DNA from: Azolla caroliniana
Taxonomy: Eukaryota; Plantae; Polypodiophyta
DNA: 64,000 nucleotides
NCBI GenBank assembly: GCA_043228905.1
Contig: JBHGNT010000002.1
Location: 8,060,001-8,124,000, forward strand
Direction: 5' to 3'
Made by a program: the position numbers and the translations under genes. A model generated the notes under the pieces. It worked only from the letters and a program-made list of their open reading frames with translations, was not told where the DNA came from and did not search any database. Positions 11,001 through 24,800 of this stretch are shown here, in pieces. Numbering within the stretch: position 1 is the first letter of the stretch; each line of letters begins with the position of its first letter.

Positions 11001-11992
11001 TCACTTCCCTATTCTGCAACAGTCCACTGTAAAAATTCATTTTTTTTTGGGACAAGAGCTCTCTCTTGTTCCTTTTGTGATTTGATGGCACAGTTAGGAA
11101 TTGGACGATTTTCCCTCCGGTTTGGTTTTGAATTCGTGCAAAAGCTGCGCCGCTATCGAGCACCTTTGTCTCCATCCGTGAAGCCGTGGTAAAGGGTTGC
11201 CCAAGGATCACGGAATGTGAGACCTCATCTTGCATGAAGAAATTTTGGTCAATCTCCACATATCCGATCTTCACCGTCACATCCGGACAAGCCGCAAATA
11301 AATCTTCCATGGCTTTTGTGGCTGCCCGGATCTTCCATCCATGGCTGGTGTTTATAGGCCACTTCCCCTTCCGTTAGAACTCCTTGGACATCAAAGTGAA
11401 CTCTAACCCGTGATCAATCAATGCTAGTACGGGCTCTTTGATGTTTCCGATTCGGACCGGAGTCTCCGTAGTTGCTCGTGCGCAATGTGGCTTTGTGTAG
11501 TGAGAGTTTAAAATTTCGTCCTCTGTTTCCGTATCGTTCATTAGAATCATATTTGCATTTACCTTTGAAGTATTAGAATCTTCCGCAGCTTGCCTCTTTC
11601 TCTTCACAAGATCCACGAGGAGATCGTGGAACTCTTTCTTTGCTATTCCAAGCAATTCCCGGAGAGAAAATTCCACCCGACTGTCAAGGATTATCTCTTC
11701 GAACACCTTCTTCAGGTTCGTCTGTTGTTTGATGTCTAAGGGGAGTTTGAATGCCGGAATTGTTTTTCCTTTTCCTTTTCCTTCCGAATTCCAACTCTCC
11801 GGTGTCTTCAATGGTACACCTACATCATCCGTGCGCCGTCTTTTTTCATCTACATATACATCATGTAATTGGCACATGGCGTATATGCTATTCTTCTTTA
11901 TGGGGCTCTCCCATCATGTAGCTTCCCAGATGCCTTCTGCAGTGCTCCGGATTTTACTAGAGTCGATTTTCTCGGAGATTTCTAGCACTTCT
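8063..11992 (-). pseudogene. Decayed non-chromovirus Gypsy element (partial 3' LTR 8063-8168; gag-pro and pol fragments)
   Basis: The fragments are homologous to 29704-34600 (LIDHG, DLYSGYDQFQL, KIERGHSP) and carry many stops and deletions. Confidence 0.9.
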
Positions 11993-12770
11993 TGAAGTGA
12001 AAAGCGTGGAATATTGCTCAACCACAACTAAGTCTTGAATCACTTCAATGAGAATGAAACAAAGAAATGGGAAGTAGAGAGTACACAAAGGAAATACACA
12101 GGATGTTTACGTAGAAAACCCTAAGTGGGAAAAACCACGGGAGCCCATGAACTCCAACTATCACTATGGTACAATCAGAGCCTTGGAGGCAATGACCTTG
12201 AGTTTTGTATCTTCACCAACTGGCAGTTACAACAGAGTATCGCTCTGTATCTCACACTCTCTTTCTCTGTCACTCTTAGTACAATTGTTACAACAATATG
12301 ACAACAACACTTAGTGATTGCCCTAAGTCATATTTATACTTATATGAACTTAGGGCTATTTACAAATATAGCCTCAATAGGCTTACTCAAAACATATTTA
12401 CAAATATGTCTTCTCTTCCGGTTCTCACCGGGTTCATCTGATCCGGTTTCTGGATCTCTTGCGGTTCTCACCTGGTACACCCGATCCAGGTTCTGGATCT
12501 CTTGCGGTTCTCACCGGGTCTTCTTCATTCATAATCGGATCCCATCTGGAGGGACCGATTTCCAAACAATCTCCCCCTTCACTCCGACATGGGATGTCTC
12601 GCCAGCCCGATCTGCTTTCAGCACGCGTCCAAGTTGTCGGTTGTTAACACCTTGGTCAACACGTTCGACCCGTTCTCCTCCGTGTGGATCTTCATCAGCA
12701 CGAACTCTCTCGGATCCAGTGATACCTTCGCTGGATATATTTCGTCTAGGAATGGTAGGCCGCGTTGTTG
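11993..12770 (-). mobile_element. Copia 3' LTR (~11993-12568), PPT and RNase H C-terminus
   Basis: Related to the LTR at 21827-22421; encodes KIHTEENGSNVLTK; PPT GAAGGGGGAG. Confidence 0.8.
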
Positions 12771-13624
12771 TGATGTGCGTGCTTGAGAGTGGGAAAAACT
12801 GGCGAAAGGGGGGGTCAAAATGTGCATGTGCACACAAAGGCAATTAATTGTTCATATCCAAAAGAAAAGGGAAAAGAAAGGGTGGAAAGGAGGTATAGAA
12901 GCTCGTGTAAAAAGTAAAAGAGAGGAGAGATAAAAAGTAGAGGGAAGACATGCTATTAATTTGTAGAGATAGAATTATACATTATATAAGAGAGAGTTTA
13001 TGGACTAGTGGATAGTTACATTGACTTTTAGCAAGAGGTGCACGGTTCAAATCCAGTCTTACAATGAAGCGTGATTTAAGGAATTTTATTCCTTTTGAAT
13101 TGAAGACAAAATTGGCGACCCCCCTTCTTTTCTTCCTATAAAAGGAAGGTCGAGGGGGGCTCATTTGGGAGGAGGTTTTGGGAGGAGGAGACTATCACCA
13201 TTTTTCCTTCGGAGCTCTCCATCTTCTTCTCCACCACTTCTCTTCATCTCACACCCCTTCATCACCTCATTGCTACGTGCGTCTTCTTCACGTTGGCACG
13301 CGAAGTGCTCGTTTCGTTGGTTCGAGTTGTTGAGCCCCGTTCGTCATTGCGAGTCCGTGTGCACGCCGTTCGGGTGGTCGTGGTTCCTTGGGGTCGGCAT
13401 TTTTGTGGTGGTCGTGTGTTCGTGCTCCATGTTCGGATTTTCTATTGTCTCTAAGGGCATTTAGTATTTATGTTTTGTTGAGCTTGTGGTTAACTAGAAG
13501 TTGCCACATTGTAATCAAGCCCTATTTTATAAAGGGCCCTCTTGTGTTGGAATTGAACACGTATTTATTTCTTTAGCCAATATCATTCGTGTTTTCTTTC
13601 TTTCTTTCTTTCTTTGTTCTCGTC

Positions 13625-13899
13625 CACTTGTACGTTCGACCGTCTTGTGACGAGGGAGCGTTTCGGGCGTGCCCATGCACCTCTCCTCCTCATAAAGGTG
13701 TACGAGCAATCTTGCGTGTGTTTGTGTCTTCCTTGCACGTTCGGGTGTCTTGTGACGATGGAGCGTTTCGGGCGTGCCCAGGCACCTCTCCTCCTCATAA
13801 AGGCGTACGAGCATTTGTGTGTGTGCTTGTGTCTTCCTTGTACGTTTGGACATCTTCTGACGAGGGAGTGTTTCGGGCGTGCCCATGCACCTCTCCTCC
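13625..13899. repeat. 105-bp tandem repeat, ~2.6 copies
   Basis: GAGYGTTTCGGGCGTGCCCA recurs at ~13656, 13761 and 13866. Confidence 0.9.
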
Positions 13900-14029
13900 T
13901 ATCAGGAGCAGTACTAAGACAGAGAAGTGTTGTTAGGAACAATACTAAGACAGAGAAGGAATTAGTACTAAAAGATGAGGATTAGTACTAAGGGAAGTGT
14001 AGAACTCTCGAGAGAATGAAAGAGTGAGT

Positions 14030-14070
<41 letters not shown>

Positions 14071-17000
14071 GCTAACAAAAGATATATATTATGTTAAGGG
14101 AATATACAATAGTAGCTAGGAGGCTTAAGACTGGCATTGAATTGATTTGGTTCGAAATAATGCCTTGTGCCTCCTTTTATAGTGTTCTTAGGAGTACTCC
14201 TGAAGTTTCTAGAATGTTCTAGAGAAATCTGGAATATACATCAATTTTCTATAGTAAAACTTAATGAAAATAATATCCTTTGTACTACAATATATAGCCT
14301 AATGGTAAAAGCTCGACCCATGGAACATATGTCATGGGTTCAAGTCTTGCCATATCATGACATTATCCCCCCTTTAAAACCAAGAGTGTCACGAGTCGTT
14401 TGGGATTGAGGACCCGGTTTTTCTGGATATTAACGATGGAAAACTTCAAGAAGAGCACGAGCATTGGTCACATTCTCTATCGGTTCCCAAGTATGCTCGC
14501 TGAGACTATATCCTAGCCAATCGACTGAATAGTAGATTTTTTTGCGAATAATCTTGGAATCGAGGATGTCGACAACCTCGTGCTCAGGTCCATCTTCAAG
14601 TTCGATTGGGGGTGGAGGTGGTTTAATACGACCTGGGATGGTGTTGTCCCAATAGGGTTCTAGGAGAGAACTATGGAACACCGGATGTATCTATAGTTGT
14701 AGAGGTAGATCGAGACTAAAAGCGACATCATTAATCTTTTCGATAATACGGAAAGGACCTAATCGCTGATAATCCAACTTCTCACATGGGCGAGTAGTCT
14801 TGATGTGTCGTCGTAGTAGCCACACCTGATCTGCAATGTCAAAACTGGATGGAAGTCGATGACGATCCGTGTAAACCTTGTGTGTTTGTTGAGCTTCCTG
14901 TAGATGAGTAGATAAATCCGCTTGTATCTTACGTAGCCGCTCCAAACGATCCTCTACACAAGGATTTGTAGGTAGCTCAGGGGTTTCAAATACACACCAT
15001 TGGGGGTGACAGCCCGTGTAAGCATAAAATGGTGTCACCTTTGCTTATGACTGGATAGAGTTACTATACGCAAATTCGGCGAAGTGGAGAATATTCACCC
15101 AATCATCTTGATGATAGCTTAAAAAGCACCGAAGATATTGCTCCAGCGTTTTATTTGTTCGTTCTGCTTGGCAGTCTATTTGCGGGTGGTAGCTAGAGGA
15201 GAGGTTACAAGTGACCTTAAGCATTTTAAAGAGGTGCCTCTAGAACTTCGAGACAAACTGGGCTTGACGATCGCTAATGATACTATCGGGAAGGCCATGA
15301 TGCCGACATACTTCACGCATGACAATTTCGGCGGTTTCTTCACTGGAGATTTCCTTAGTACATGGCAGGAAATGGGCCATCTTCATATATCGATCTACTA
15401 CTATTAAGATCGCATCGAATCCCTTAGAGACCGGAAGATCTGTGATGAAATCTAGGGCAATGGATTGCCATGGCTTCCTTGAAATCTAGGGCAATGGATG
15501 ATGCCTTGGCATTTTTGCTCTGCAACATGTATCACAAGTCCGAACAAAATCTTCGACAAATTGTTGCATATGGGGCCACCAGAATGATTGTTGTACTAAA
15601 TCTAGTGTTTTAGTACTACCAAAATGCCCAGATGTATATTTTGGACTACTTGAAGGCGACAAGTACCATTAGGAACATACAAGAGTTTCTTAAAGAATAG
15701 TAATCCATCATGACATTCGAATTGTCGATAGTCAGTACATGGTTGTTGCGACTGTGAACAAGATGCTCGAGAGGGATCAATTTGTGCTAGAATGACTTGA
15801 GAGAAAGCATTTGTCTTGAAGTCCTCACGTATGGTATCGATAACATGGGAATCCAAGGGCAGACCGAAGACCTGCGTTGCTTGCATTCGTGCCGGTCCCA
15901 GGATTACTTGCTTTTGGTTATCGAAAGCTGGCTCGCCGGGACGCGGTGCTAGATACATGTGCCGTGATAATGCATTTGCCTTCCCTCGTTGCTTCCCCGG
16001 ATGATATGTAATTTTGAAGTCGAAATGAGTGAGGAATTGGGCCCACCGAGCTTGACGTTGATTTAACACACGAGCATTCTGAAAGTAGGCAAGGTTTTGG
16101 TGATCACTGAATACGATGACTTGATGAGAAGACCCCTCTAGAAAATGCCTCCATTGCGTAAAAGAGTCCACCATTGCTAATAGCTCCTTATAATGAATTT
16201 CATAGTTGATTTCCGCAGCGTCAAACATGCGTGAATGGAAAGCCACAAGATGTAGCTTTTCATCATTGCCTTTTTGAGACAGAAAGAATATTACCCAAGG
16301 CGAAATCTAACGCGTCGGCTTCAATGATTAATGGTATTTCTGGATCAACATGAGCTAAAATAGGAGCTAATGTAAATTCCTTCTTAAGACTCTCAAAAAC
16401 CATGTTCGTTTCTTTAGACCAAACGAACGGTTGTTCCTTCCAGGTATATTGTGTGAGAGGCAAAACAAGCTTTGAGTAATCCTGTATGAACTTGCGGTAA
16501 AAATTGGCAAAGCCTAAAAAACATTGCACATCTCGCAACGAACACGGAATCTGCCACTCTACCACCGTTTTGACCTTAGAGGGATCCATGGAGATGCCTT
16601 CCAAGGAAATGACATAGCCCAAAAATTCTACCTGGTTGCACCCGAAACTACATTTTTCTAGCTTTGCATAAAGACCATGTTCTCGAAGTCGTTTTAGTAC
16701 TAACAGTACATAAGAATCATGCTTTTCTTGGGACTTCGAATAAACCAGTAGATCATCCAAATAGATGATAAAAAAATTATCCAAGAGATCTCAGAATATT
16801 ACATTTGCCATGTGTTGGAAGACTATTGGCGCATGTGAGGCTGAATGGCATGATTGTATACTCGAAGTGCCCATATCTGGTGAGAAACGCAATCTTCCTT
16901 TCATCTCTTGGTCGGATCTGTATGAGGTTATATGCTCCTCGTAAGTCAATCTTTGTGAAGAACCTTGCACCATTGATCCGTTCTAAAAGACTTGAGATAA

Positions 17001-19557
17001 GGGGAAGTGCATACCTATTCCTAATGGTGACTTTATTCAATCCATGGTAATCTATGACGAGAGGAAGTGATCCATCCTTTTTCTAGACGAAGAAAATGGG
17101 TGCGCCGGCTGGAGATTTCGAATGTTGAATGAAACCATTTGCCAAATTCTCCTCTATATAGGCTCGAAGAACGTCTAGCTCGGTTGGTGACAAATTGTAG
17201 ATCGGTCCCCATGGTGGCTCTTTTCCCGGTTGTAAATCGATGGGGCAATCATATGGTCAATAGTGAGGAAGCGTATTCGCTCGTACTTTATCGAACACAT
17301 CGGCATAACAACAATATTTCTTTGGAAGTTGAATGGTGGACTCCTCTTTATTGATACTAGAGGGGTTTATTGATATTGCGAAGAGAAACATTTATTCCTT
17401 GCATCCTTCCTCACACAACTGATGTAGCGAAATGATTGCAATCTTATGAGTAGATCCTTGGGTTTGTCAACACCATATTTCTCTTGTTCTCAATCTATGG
17501 CTGGGTTATGTAATTCGAACCATGGTAATCCCAAAACAATGGGATGTTCTCGGATACTAATTATATTAAATGATACTACACACGCTAAGTTATCTAGGAC
17601 AATATTAACGGGTTCTGACTCTTCTATAATATTTCTGGAAGCAATAGGACGACCATCAATGACTACTATAGAGGCTTGACATAGGAGTTTTTTTAGGGAT
17701 ATCTGATGAGCATGGGCAAAATTCCTATCCATGAAGCTCCGAAATCTAAGAGTGTTAAGAGATGTACTAGAGGAGTACTTTTACTACTAACCGTTACTTG
17801 AGCTAAGACCACATTGCTAACTTGCTTAGAGGATATGGAACTACTAATGGGTTGCACAGATCTAGGGTTGGCCAACCAAACAGATCCTATTTTGGCTGGA
17901 CTAAATCGTTTAACTCTTCTTCTAGTTGACTAAAGATTTCAAATTTGTTTAAAAGGCTTGGGCTATTAGGATTATCAGACACACCTAGAGAAATAGACTC
18001 AAGTTTAGTACTATTAGCACTAACGGTTATTTGATTTAGCGGCCTTTTCGGCCGATGGGGGTAGTTCACTGCAACATGCCCCGGTTCATCGCAATAAAGA
18101 CATAATCGATTTGACCTGCGTCATTGCTTTTCTTCCTCCGATAGTGGTCCGTGGTGACGTGTGGTGTCGATTTCCATTGGAGTTGGAGTATTTGTTGGAG
18201 ACGTATTGAATGACTCCCTTGGGAAAGGCTTTGCTATGATTGAAGCGTAAGTGGGCTTCGATCTTGTCCGTGGCATTTGGCACTGACGTTCCGAATGTCG
18301 TTCGAAGAGGCGATTATTGCATTGCACCGCATGACCAATTGCTTTTGTCAATGACTTTGGCTCCCCGGGGAAAGTTAAGAGTAAATCTTTAACATCATTA
18401 CGTAGGCCAAAATAAAATTGCTCCATTAGTGCCTGGTCATCCCAAGGAATGTCGGTGACGAGAAGACGGAAATCCGCAGCATAAGCCGAGGCCGGCCACT
18501 CACCTTTGCGCAATCTTTGGATTTTGTTGATTGTTGTTCTAACACTGTCGGTATCTCCAAAACAAGCTTTAAACTCGGTAATAAACTCTTCGAAATTATT
18601 TAACAAGGGAGAGCTTTTTTCTAACAGGAGGGCGAACCATGCCAAAGCCGTGCCACTAAGTAAAGTGCCTACTAGTCCCACTCATGATGCATTGGTGGGA
18701 TATCGAGAAGGATGCATTTGAATGACCAATCGTACCTGATTAAGGAATCCTCTAGATTGCGATCGCGGTCCATCGAATTTCATGGGAAGGCCGATCTTGG
18801 GTTCTTTATGAACCCCATGCATATTGGGTCCTTGTTGTTGCATTGCTACTATGGTTGCTTCGAGTTGTTGCACACGTAACGCTAGTTCCCCGTGTTGTTG
18901 TTGCGTCTGCTGCTTCTCTAAGGAGATTTGTTGAAGCTCCCCCAATAGTCATCGATTTTCTTGTTCCAATGCGAGAAACTTCTCTTTCAAGCATTGCAAC
19001 TCCAAAAAAACGGATTGATATTCTTGAGCGCTAACAGTTGCCATAGTATGAGAGAAAAGAGGAATAAGAGATTAGTATGAAAGGAGGGAGAAGTAAGGAG
19101 ATAAAGGAAGAGAAGGAAGGGGAGAAAATCAATTCAAACTATCAGGAGCAGTACTAAGACAGAGAAGGAATTAGTGCTAAAAGATGAGGATTAGTACTAA
19201 GGGAGGTGTAGAACTCTCGAGAGAATGAAAGAGTGAGTGAGTGAGTGAGAGAGAGAGAATGAGGATAACAAAAGATATATATTATGTTAAGGGAATATAC
19301 AATAGTAGCTAGGAGGCTTAAGACTGGCATTGAACCGATTTGGTTCGAAATAATGCCTTGTTCCTCCTTTTATAGTGCTCTCAGAAGTACTCCTGAAGTT
19401 TCTAGAATGTTCCAGAGAAATCTGGAATATACATCAATTTTCTATAGTAAAACTTAAATGAAAATAATGCTTTTCGTATTACAATACTTAACCTAATGGT
19501 AAGAGATCGACCCATGTAACATAAGGTCATGGGTTCAAGTCTTGCTATATCATGACA
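13900..19557 (-). pseudogene. Decayed chromovirus of the same family as 479-6273 (LTRs 13900-14362 and 19140-19557)
   Basis: Colinear gag/pol/chromodomain fragments with stops and frameshifts; diverged LTRs; the flanks do not form a TSD. Confidence 0.95.
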
Positions 19558-19646
19558 GGTGCTTGTGCTTGTTTGTCTTCCGTTTCATTTCTTGTCTTTC
19601 TCATTTCGTTGGTTAACCAGTTGTGGTCGGTCCCACATTCGCATCA

Positions 19647-21525
19647 AGGACTTTATCAAAACCATTGGCTTTGTGGAATGCACAAAACCATGTGTTATCT
19701 CCTTCTCTAGGATACACCTTCAATTACTCCCTTGAGTAATTGGGTCAAGGAATCGTTGTTGCGTAGGGGACTTAATATAGGGTCGAGTAGAGCCGAACAA
19801 TTACACGATAGATGATCAAGATCGATTTGCACTTACGACTTATCAATAATAGAATTGAAAGTACAGATTAAGATGAAACAAACACATAGGTGACCCCAAA
19901 AGTATTTGTATTGATTACTGCATATATCGGTTACAAAGAGAATACAAGCTGACTATATATCTGTTACTTTCTCTCTAAACAACATACATATATCTATATT
20001 CTCCCCCCTCCTTCTGCTGCTCAATTGATTTATATATAGCATATTCTCTCCTTATTCTTGGCCTTTATTCCCGGTTGTTTGTATTCCGTTTTTCCTCCCT
20101 TGGCTGCCAGTGCTCGGGTCAATTCTCCTTTTTATACTGACCTACTCTCCTCTTTTTTAAGATTCATTTCACACCTCCTGCCTTTTGTCCCACGAATAAA
20201 ACCATGGGCTTCCAATTGAACCTATGGTTTTTGTGCATGCCACAAAGCCAGTGGTTTTGATAAACTAACCATAGTTATCCTTAAAGTAACCATGGTTTAC
20301 ATGGGTTCAAGGTACTATATAAGACCCTAGTAGGGCTTGTGTATAAGGGCAGGTTATTTTGTGGGATCATTGTCATTCTTGAGCGAGCAAGCTCAACTTG
20401 GGCCGAACCGGCTAAGGAACTCGAGAGCCGGATCGGATGGAGACCGATCGACTAGGCCTAGATTAGTTGAAGAAACCAAGAGCCGGATTGGATGAAGACC
20501 AATCGGCTAGGCTGAGTCAAATAGAATCTAACAGACCATTAGGGGCATATATTCCTATTTTAGTAAATAGGAATATTATAGGTTGTTAGCATCAGGCTCA
20601 ATTAATGAGCATTCAAGTACTTATCAGTCTTTCTAAGACTTGTATAAAGAGTGCTCACTAAGCACATTTTATGTACAGAGCATTATTGTTTCAATACGAC
20701 TCTTTTTTGTTTGTTCTCTCTCAGTCTCTCTCTCATATAGTGTATCTCCATTCTCTATGTATACCTATTTGTTGTCCAAATAACCAACTGAGTACCTTGT
20801 GTTTTCCACAATGCTTCCACACATCATCTTTTACATGGTATTAGAGTGTGAGGGTTAAAAGAATCCTCTATTGTCGACACAACGAACAAGACAGAGACAA
20901 GCTTTCTTCTTTCGGAAAAGAAAAGACAGGAACATGATCAGAGGTATAGGTAGCTCACTTCCAACAGAGAAGCTTGACAGGAGCAACTACACATCTTGGT
21001 CATACAAGATGCACCAATACCTGCTCGGGCACGGATACTAGAGTTATGTCGAATGAGCTAATGATGCAAAACTAGGTTTGACACACAGAGATTTTCTAGC
21101 CTGGGAACAACCGGCAATCAGACTCCTTTACTGCTTCGCATCTAGTGTGAGTGACCAACTATTGAGCTACATCCAGGATGCCAAAACGCCGAAGCATGCT
21201 TGGGGAAATCTGAAGAAGATTTTCGCCACAAGCACCACAACCAGAAAACTATAGCTCAGAGCGGAGCTTAGTAATGTCCGATAGAGAGATATGTTGGTGG
21301 CTGATTACACCTCCAAAATCAAGGGGATCTGCGACTCGCTCGGGTCTATCAACGTGACGGTTGAAGAAGATGAGATGGTGCAGGTCTGACTCAAAGGTTT
21401 GGCACAAAATTTTGGATCATTCCGAACGGTGGTTTAAATCATGAGAGAGAATACCCCATCCTTCTTTGAGCTACAATCAATGCTTCTCGTTGAAGAGAAC
21501 CACAAGGGTGTGTCGACGAGCACGT
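19647..21525 (+). pseudogene. gag: Copia 5' LTR remnant (to 20835), tRNA-iMet PBS (20836-20847) and gag pseudogene (from 20934)
   Basis: ...TTACA|TGGTATTAGAG, then EKLDRSNYTSWSYKMHQYLLGHG and SFFELQSMLLVEENH with stops. Confidence 0.8.
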
Positions 21526-21826
21526 TGTTGTGCCTTTTGGCGCCGGATCGTTGCATGAGTCGGGTGGGAACCGTCGCGGTTTTGGACTACGAGGAAGAAG
21601 AATTTGAGACGGTTTTAGTTATGAATATGAATCGATTATAAGAAAGAGAGATTGAAACTTGTGAATCCCACAAGTATATTGTATTAGATTAATCAATATT
21701 AAGATAAGAATATGAGGATAAGGATATAGAAACCCCGTGAATCACATGAGGAAGTAATTGTGGCTAATTCTGCACTCTTCCGTCGCATGCTTTCGCAAGT
21801 GCTTTCACGATTGGACTATGTCCTCG

Positions 21827-24800
21827 TGACAGGAACACACGCTCCTAATGAATAATGCTCGGCCACAACCGAGCCTAGGATAAAACACAGAAAAACAGAT
21901 AATGAACGCACGACGCAGTGAAGAGAAGAGTACACAGGATGTTAACGTGGAAAACCCAAACTAGGGAAAAACCACGGCAGCCCACAGACTGCAAACTATC
22001 ACTATATCAGAATGTACAATAGTAGAGCACCGAGGCAACGACCTCAAGCTTGCTATCTTCGCCACAGGCGGCGGTTACGACAGAGGCAACGACCTCTTCT
22101 TCTCTCTCTCTCTCTCTGTACATTGTTACGCGCTCTAATCTTGCGCCAACAAGAATGACCACAACAACATCACTAAGTTTGCCCTAAGTCATATTTATAC
22201 TAATATGACTTTTCGGCTATTTACAAATATAGCCCTGATGAACTCTCAGAAACATATTTACGAATATGTCCCTTCATCCGGTGAGCACTCCTCACCGAGC
22301 CTGCATCATCCGGCGCTTGTCGAGCACTCATCATCCGGTTCTCACCGGGTCTTCCGTTTCTGGGTACTCCTCATCCGGTTCTCACCGGGTCATCCCATCC
22401 GGAGGGACCTGTTTCCTAACAAACTCCCCCTTCACTCTGGCACGGGATGTCTTAGTAGTTCGACCCGCTTCCGACATGCATCCAGCTTGTCAGATGTCAG
22501 TACTTTGGTCAGCATATCTGACCCGTTCTCGGCCGTGTGGATCTTCGTCAGCGCGAACTCCTGGTCATCTACTCTTTCCTGGATCCAGTGATACCTACGC
22601 TGGATATGCTTCGTCCGGGAATGGTAGGCCGCATTCTTAGCAAGGTGGATGGCACTTTGACTGTCGCAATAGAGCCGGTATTCATCTTGCCGGATACCAA
22701 GCTCTCCGATGAAGTCCTTCATCCATAATATTTCCTTGCCGGCTTCCACAGTCACCATGTACTCCGCCTCCGTGGTTGACAACGCAACCGTCTTCTGCAG
22801 CCTCGACTGCCATGAAACAGCTCCCCCAACATATGTCATTACATACCTGGATGTAGACCACCTGGTATCCACATCAGCCGACATGTCCGAATCCGTAAAA
22901 CCGTCAAGTTGAAGTTTACTAGAGCCAAATCAGAGACACATATTTGAAGTGCCCTTCAAGTACCGGAGTATCCATTTGACCGCGTTCCAGTGCTCCTTGT
23001 AGGGATTGCTCATAAACCGGCTCACCACTCCGACTGCGTATCCTATATCCGGTCGGGTACACACCATTGCGTACATTAAGCTCCCGACGGCTGAGGCATA
23101 TGGAACCTTCATCATATCAGCCTTCTCAGCTTTCGTCTTCGGGCTTTGCTTACCGGATAACCTGTAGTTTGCCGGAAGTGTCGATCCGGCCGGTTTCGCA
23201 TCTAACATGTTGAACCGCTGAACCACCTTTGTCACGTACTTCTCCTGTGACAGCCACAATTGCTTAATTGACCGGTTCCGGATAATATGCATCCCCAACA
23301 TCTGTCTTGCCGGACCCAAGTCTTTCATTGTGAAGGTCCGGTTGAGAGCCTTCTTCAGCATCCGTATTCTGGCTTCGTTCCGTCTGACGATCAACATGTC
23401 GTCCACGTATAGAAGGAGTATCAAGAAGTCGCCTCCTTCGAACTTCTTCACAAACACACAGTGAACGGCCTGCGTCTTGTGGTACCCTTGATCGGTCATG
23501 AAAGAGTTGAACTTCCGGTACCATTGCCAGGGAGCCTGCTTCAGTCCGTACAGGCTCTTCTTCAACCGGCAAACCAATTGCTCCTTCCCTTTCTCCACGA
23601 ATCCTTCTGGTTGTTGCATGTAGATCTCCTCTTCGAGGTCACCGTGAAGGAATGTTGTCTTCACGTCTAGTTGCTCTACCTCAAGGTCTATGCTTGCCGC
23701 TATACTCAGCACCGTCCGGATGGAGGTCATCTTTACTACTGGGGCAAATATCTCGTCGAAGTCCACGCCCTTCTTCTGCTGGAACCCCTTCACCACGATC
23801 CTGGCTTTGTATCTTGGGGGGTTGCCGGCATCTCCTTGTTTCAACTTGTACACCCACTTGTTTTGGAGTGTCCGCTTTCCTTTCGGCAACTCCACCAATT
23901 CGTACGTATGGTTCTCATGCAGGGAATCCATCTCATCTTGCACGTCACTTAACCATTTTCGATTGTGGGTGTCATCCTTCGCTTCTTCGAAGCTTTCTGG
24001 CTCCCCATCATCGGTTAGTAGCACATGCCCTGCATTCGGAAATCTCTGGGGGGCCCTTCTCTCTCTGAGAGGATATCTCCGTCTTTGGGCTTCGCTAACC
24101 GGCTCCTCCATTTGCTCTTCATCCGAATCTGATTCGGGGTCTTGGCCGGTTCTGGTTTTAGCTTCCTCTACTTCTTCTTTTGCCGGTTCGGTATCCTCAC
24201 CGTAACCGGCTGGTTCCTCGAGTGCTAACCGGTCTCTTGCCGGTTGGGTCTGCTCATCGTAGAATCGATCCTTACCGGTCGACTCGGAGTTCATATCTTC
24301 TTCTCTGACTCCTAGTCGGCGAGCGTCTTGTCCTCCATGAAGATAATATCTCGACTCCGGAATACCTTCTTGTCGACCAGGTTCCACACTCAGTAGCCGA
24401 ACTCATCGTCGCCGTAACCGAGGAATATGCATGGTCGGGTCTTCGGATCTAGTTTTCCTCTCCGGTCCTTAGCTATATGCACATACGCAAGACACCCGAA
24501 TACCGTCAGATGCTGGTAGGACATTTCCTTACCGGTCCAGACTCTCTGTGACGTGTCTCCGTCCAAGGGTACTGAGGGTGATCTGTTTATCACATATGTC
24601 GCCATTGACAGTGCCTCAACCCAGAACTTCTTGGGTAGTTTTGCATGCGCCAGCATACTCCGGACCCTTTCCATTATGGTCCGGTTCATCCTCTCGGTCA
24701 TCCCGTTTAGTTCCGGCGTCTTCGGCACGGTAAATTCGAGCCAGATTCCCTTCGAGTGACAATACTCCTCGAACTGCCCCCGGTATTCACCTCCGTTATG

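Larger units (their letters stand above)
12771..19646 (+). mobile_element. LTR of an unidentified family (TGATG...CATCA), interrupted by chromovirus 2
   Basis: Inverted termini, TATAAAA at ~13137 and a pyrimidine-rich leader; no TSD is visible. Confidence 0.55.
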
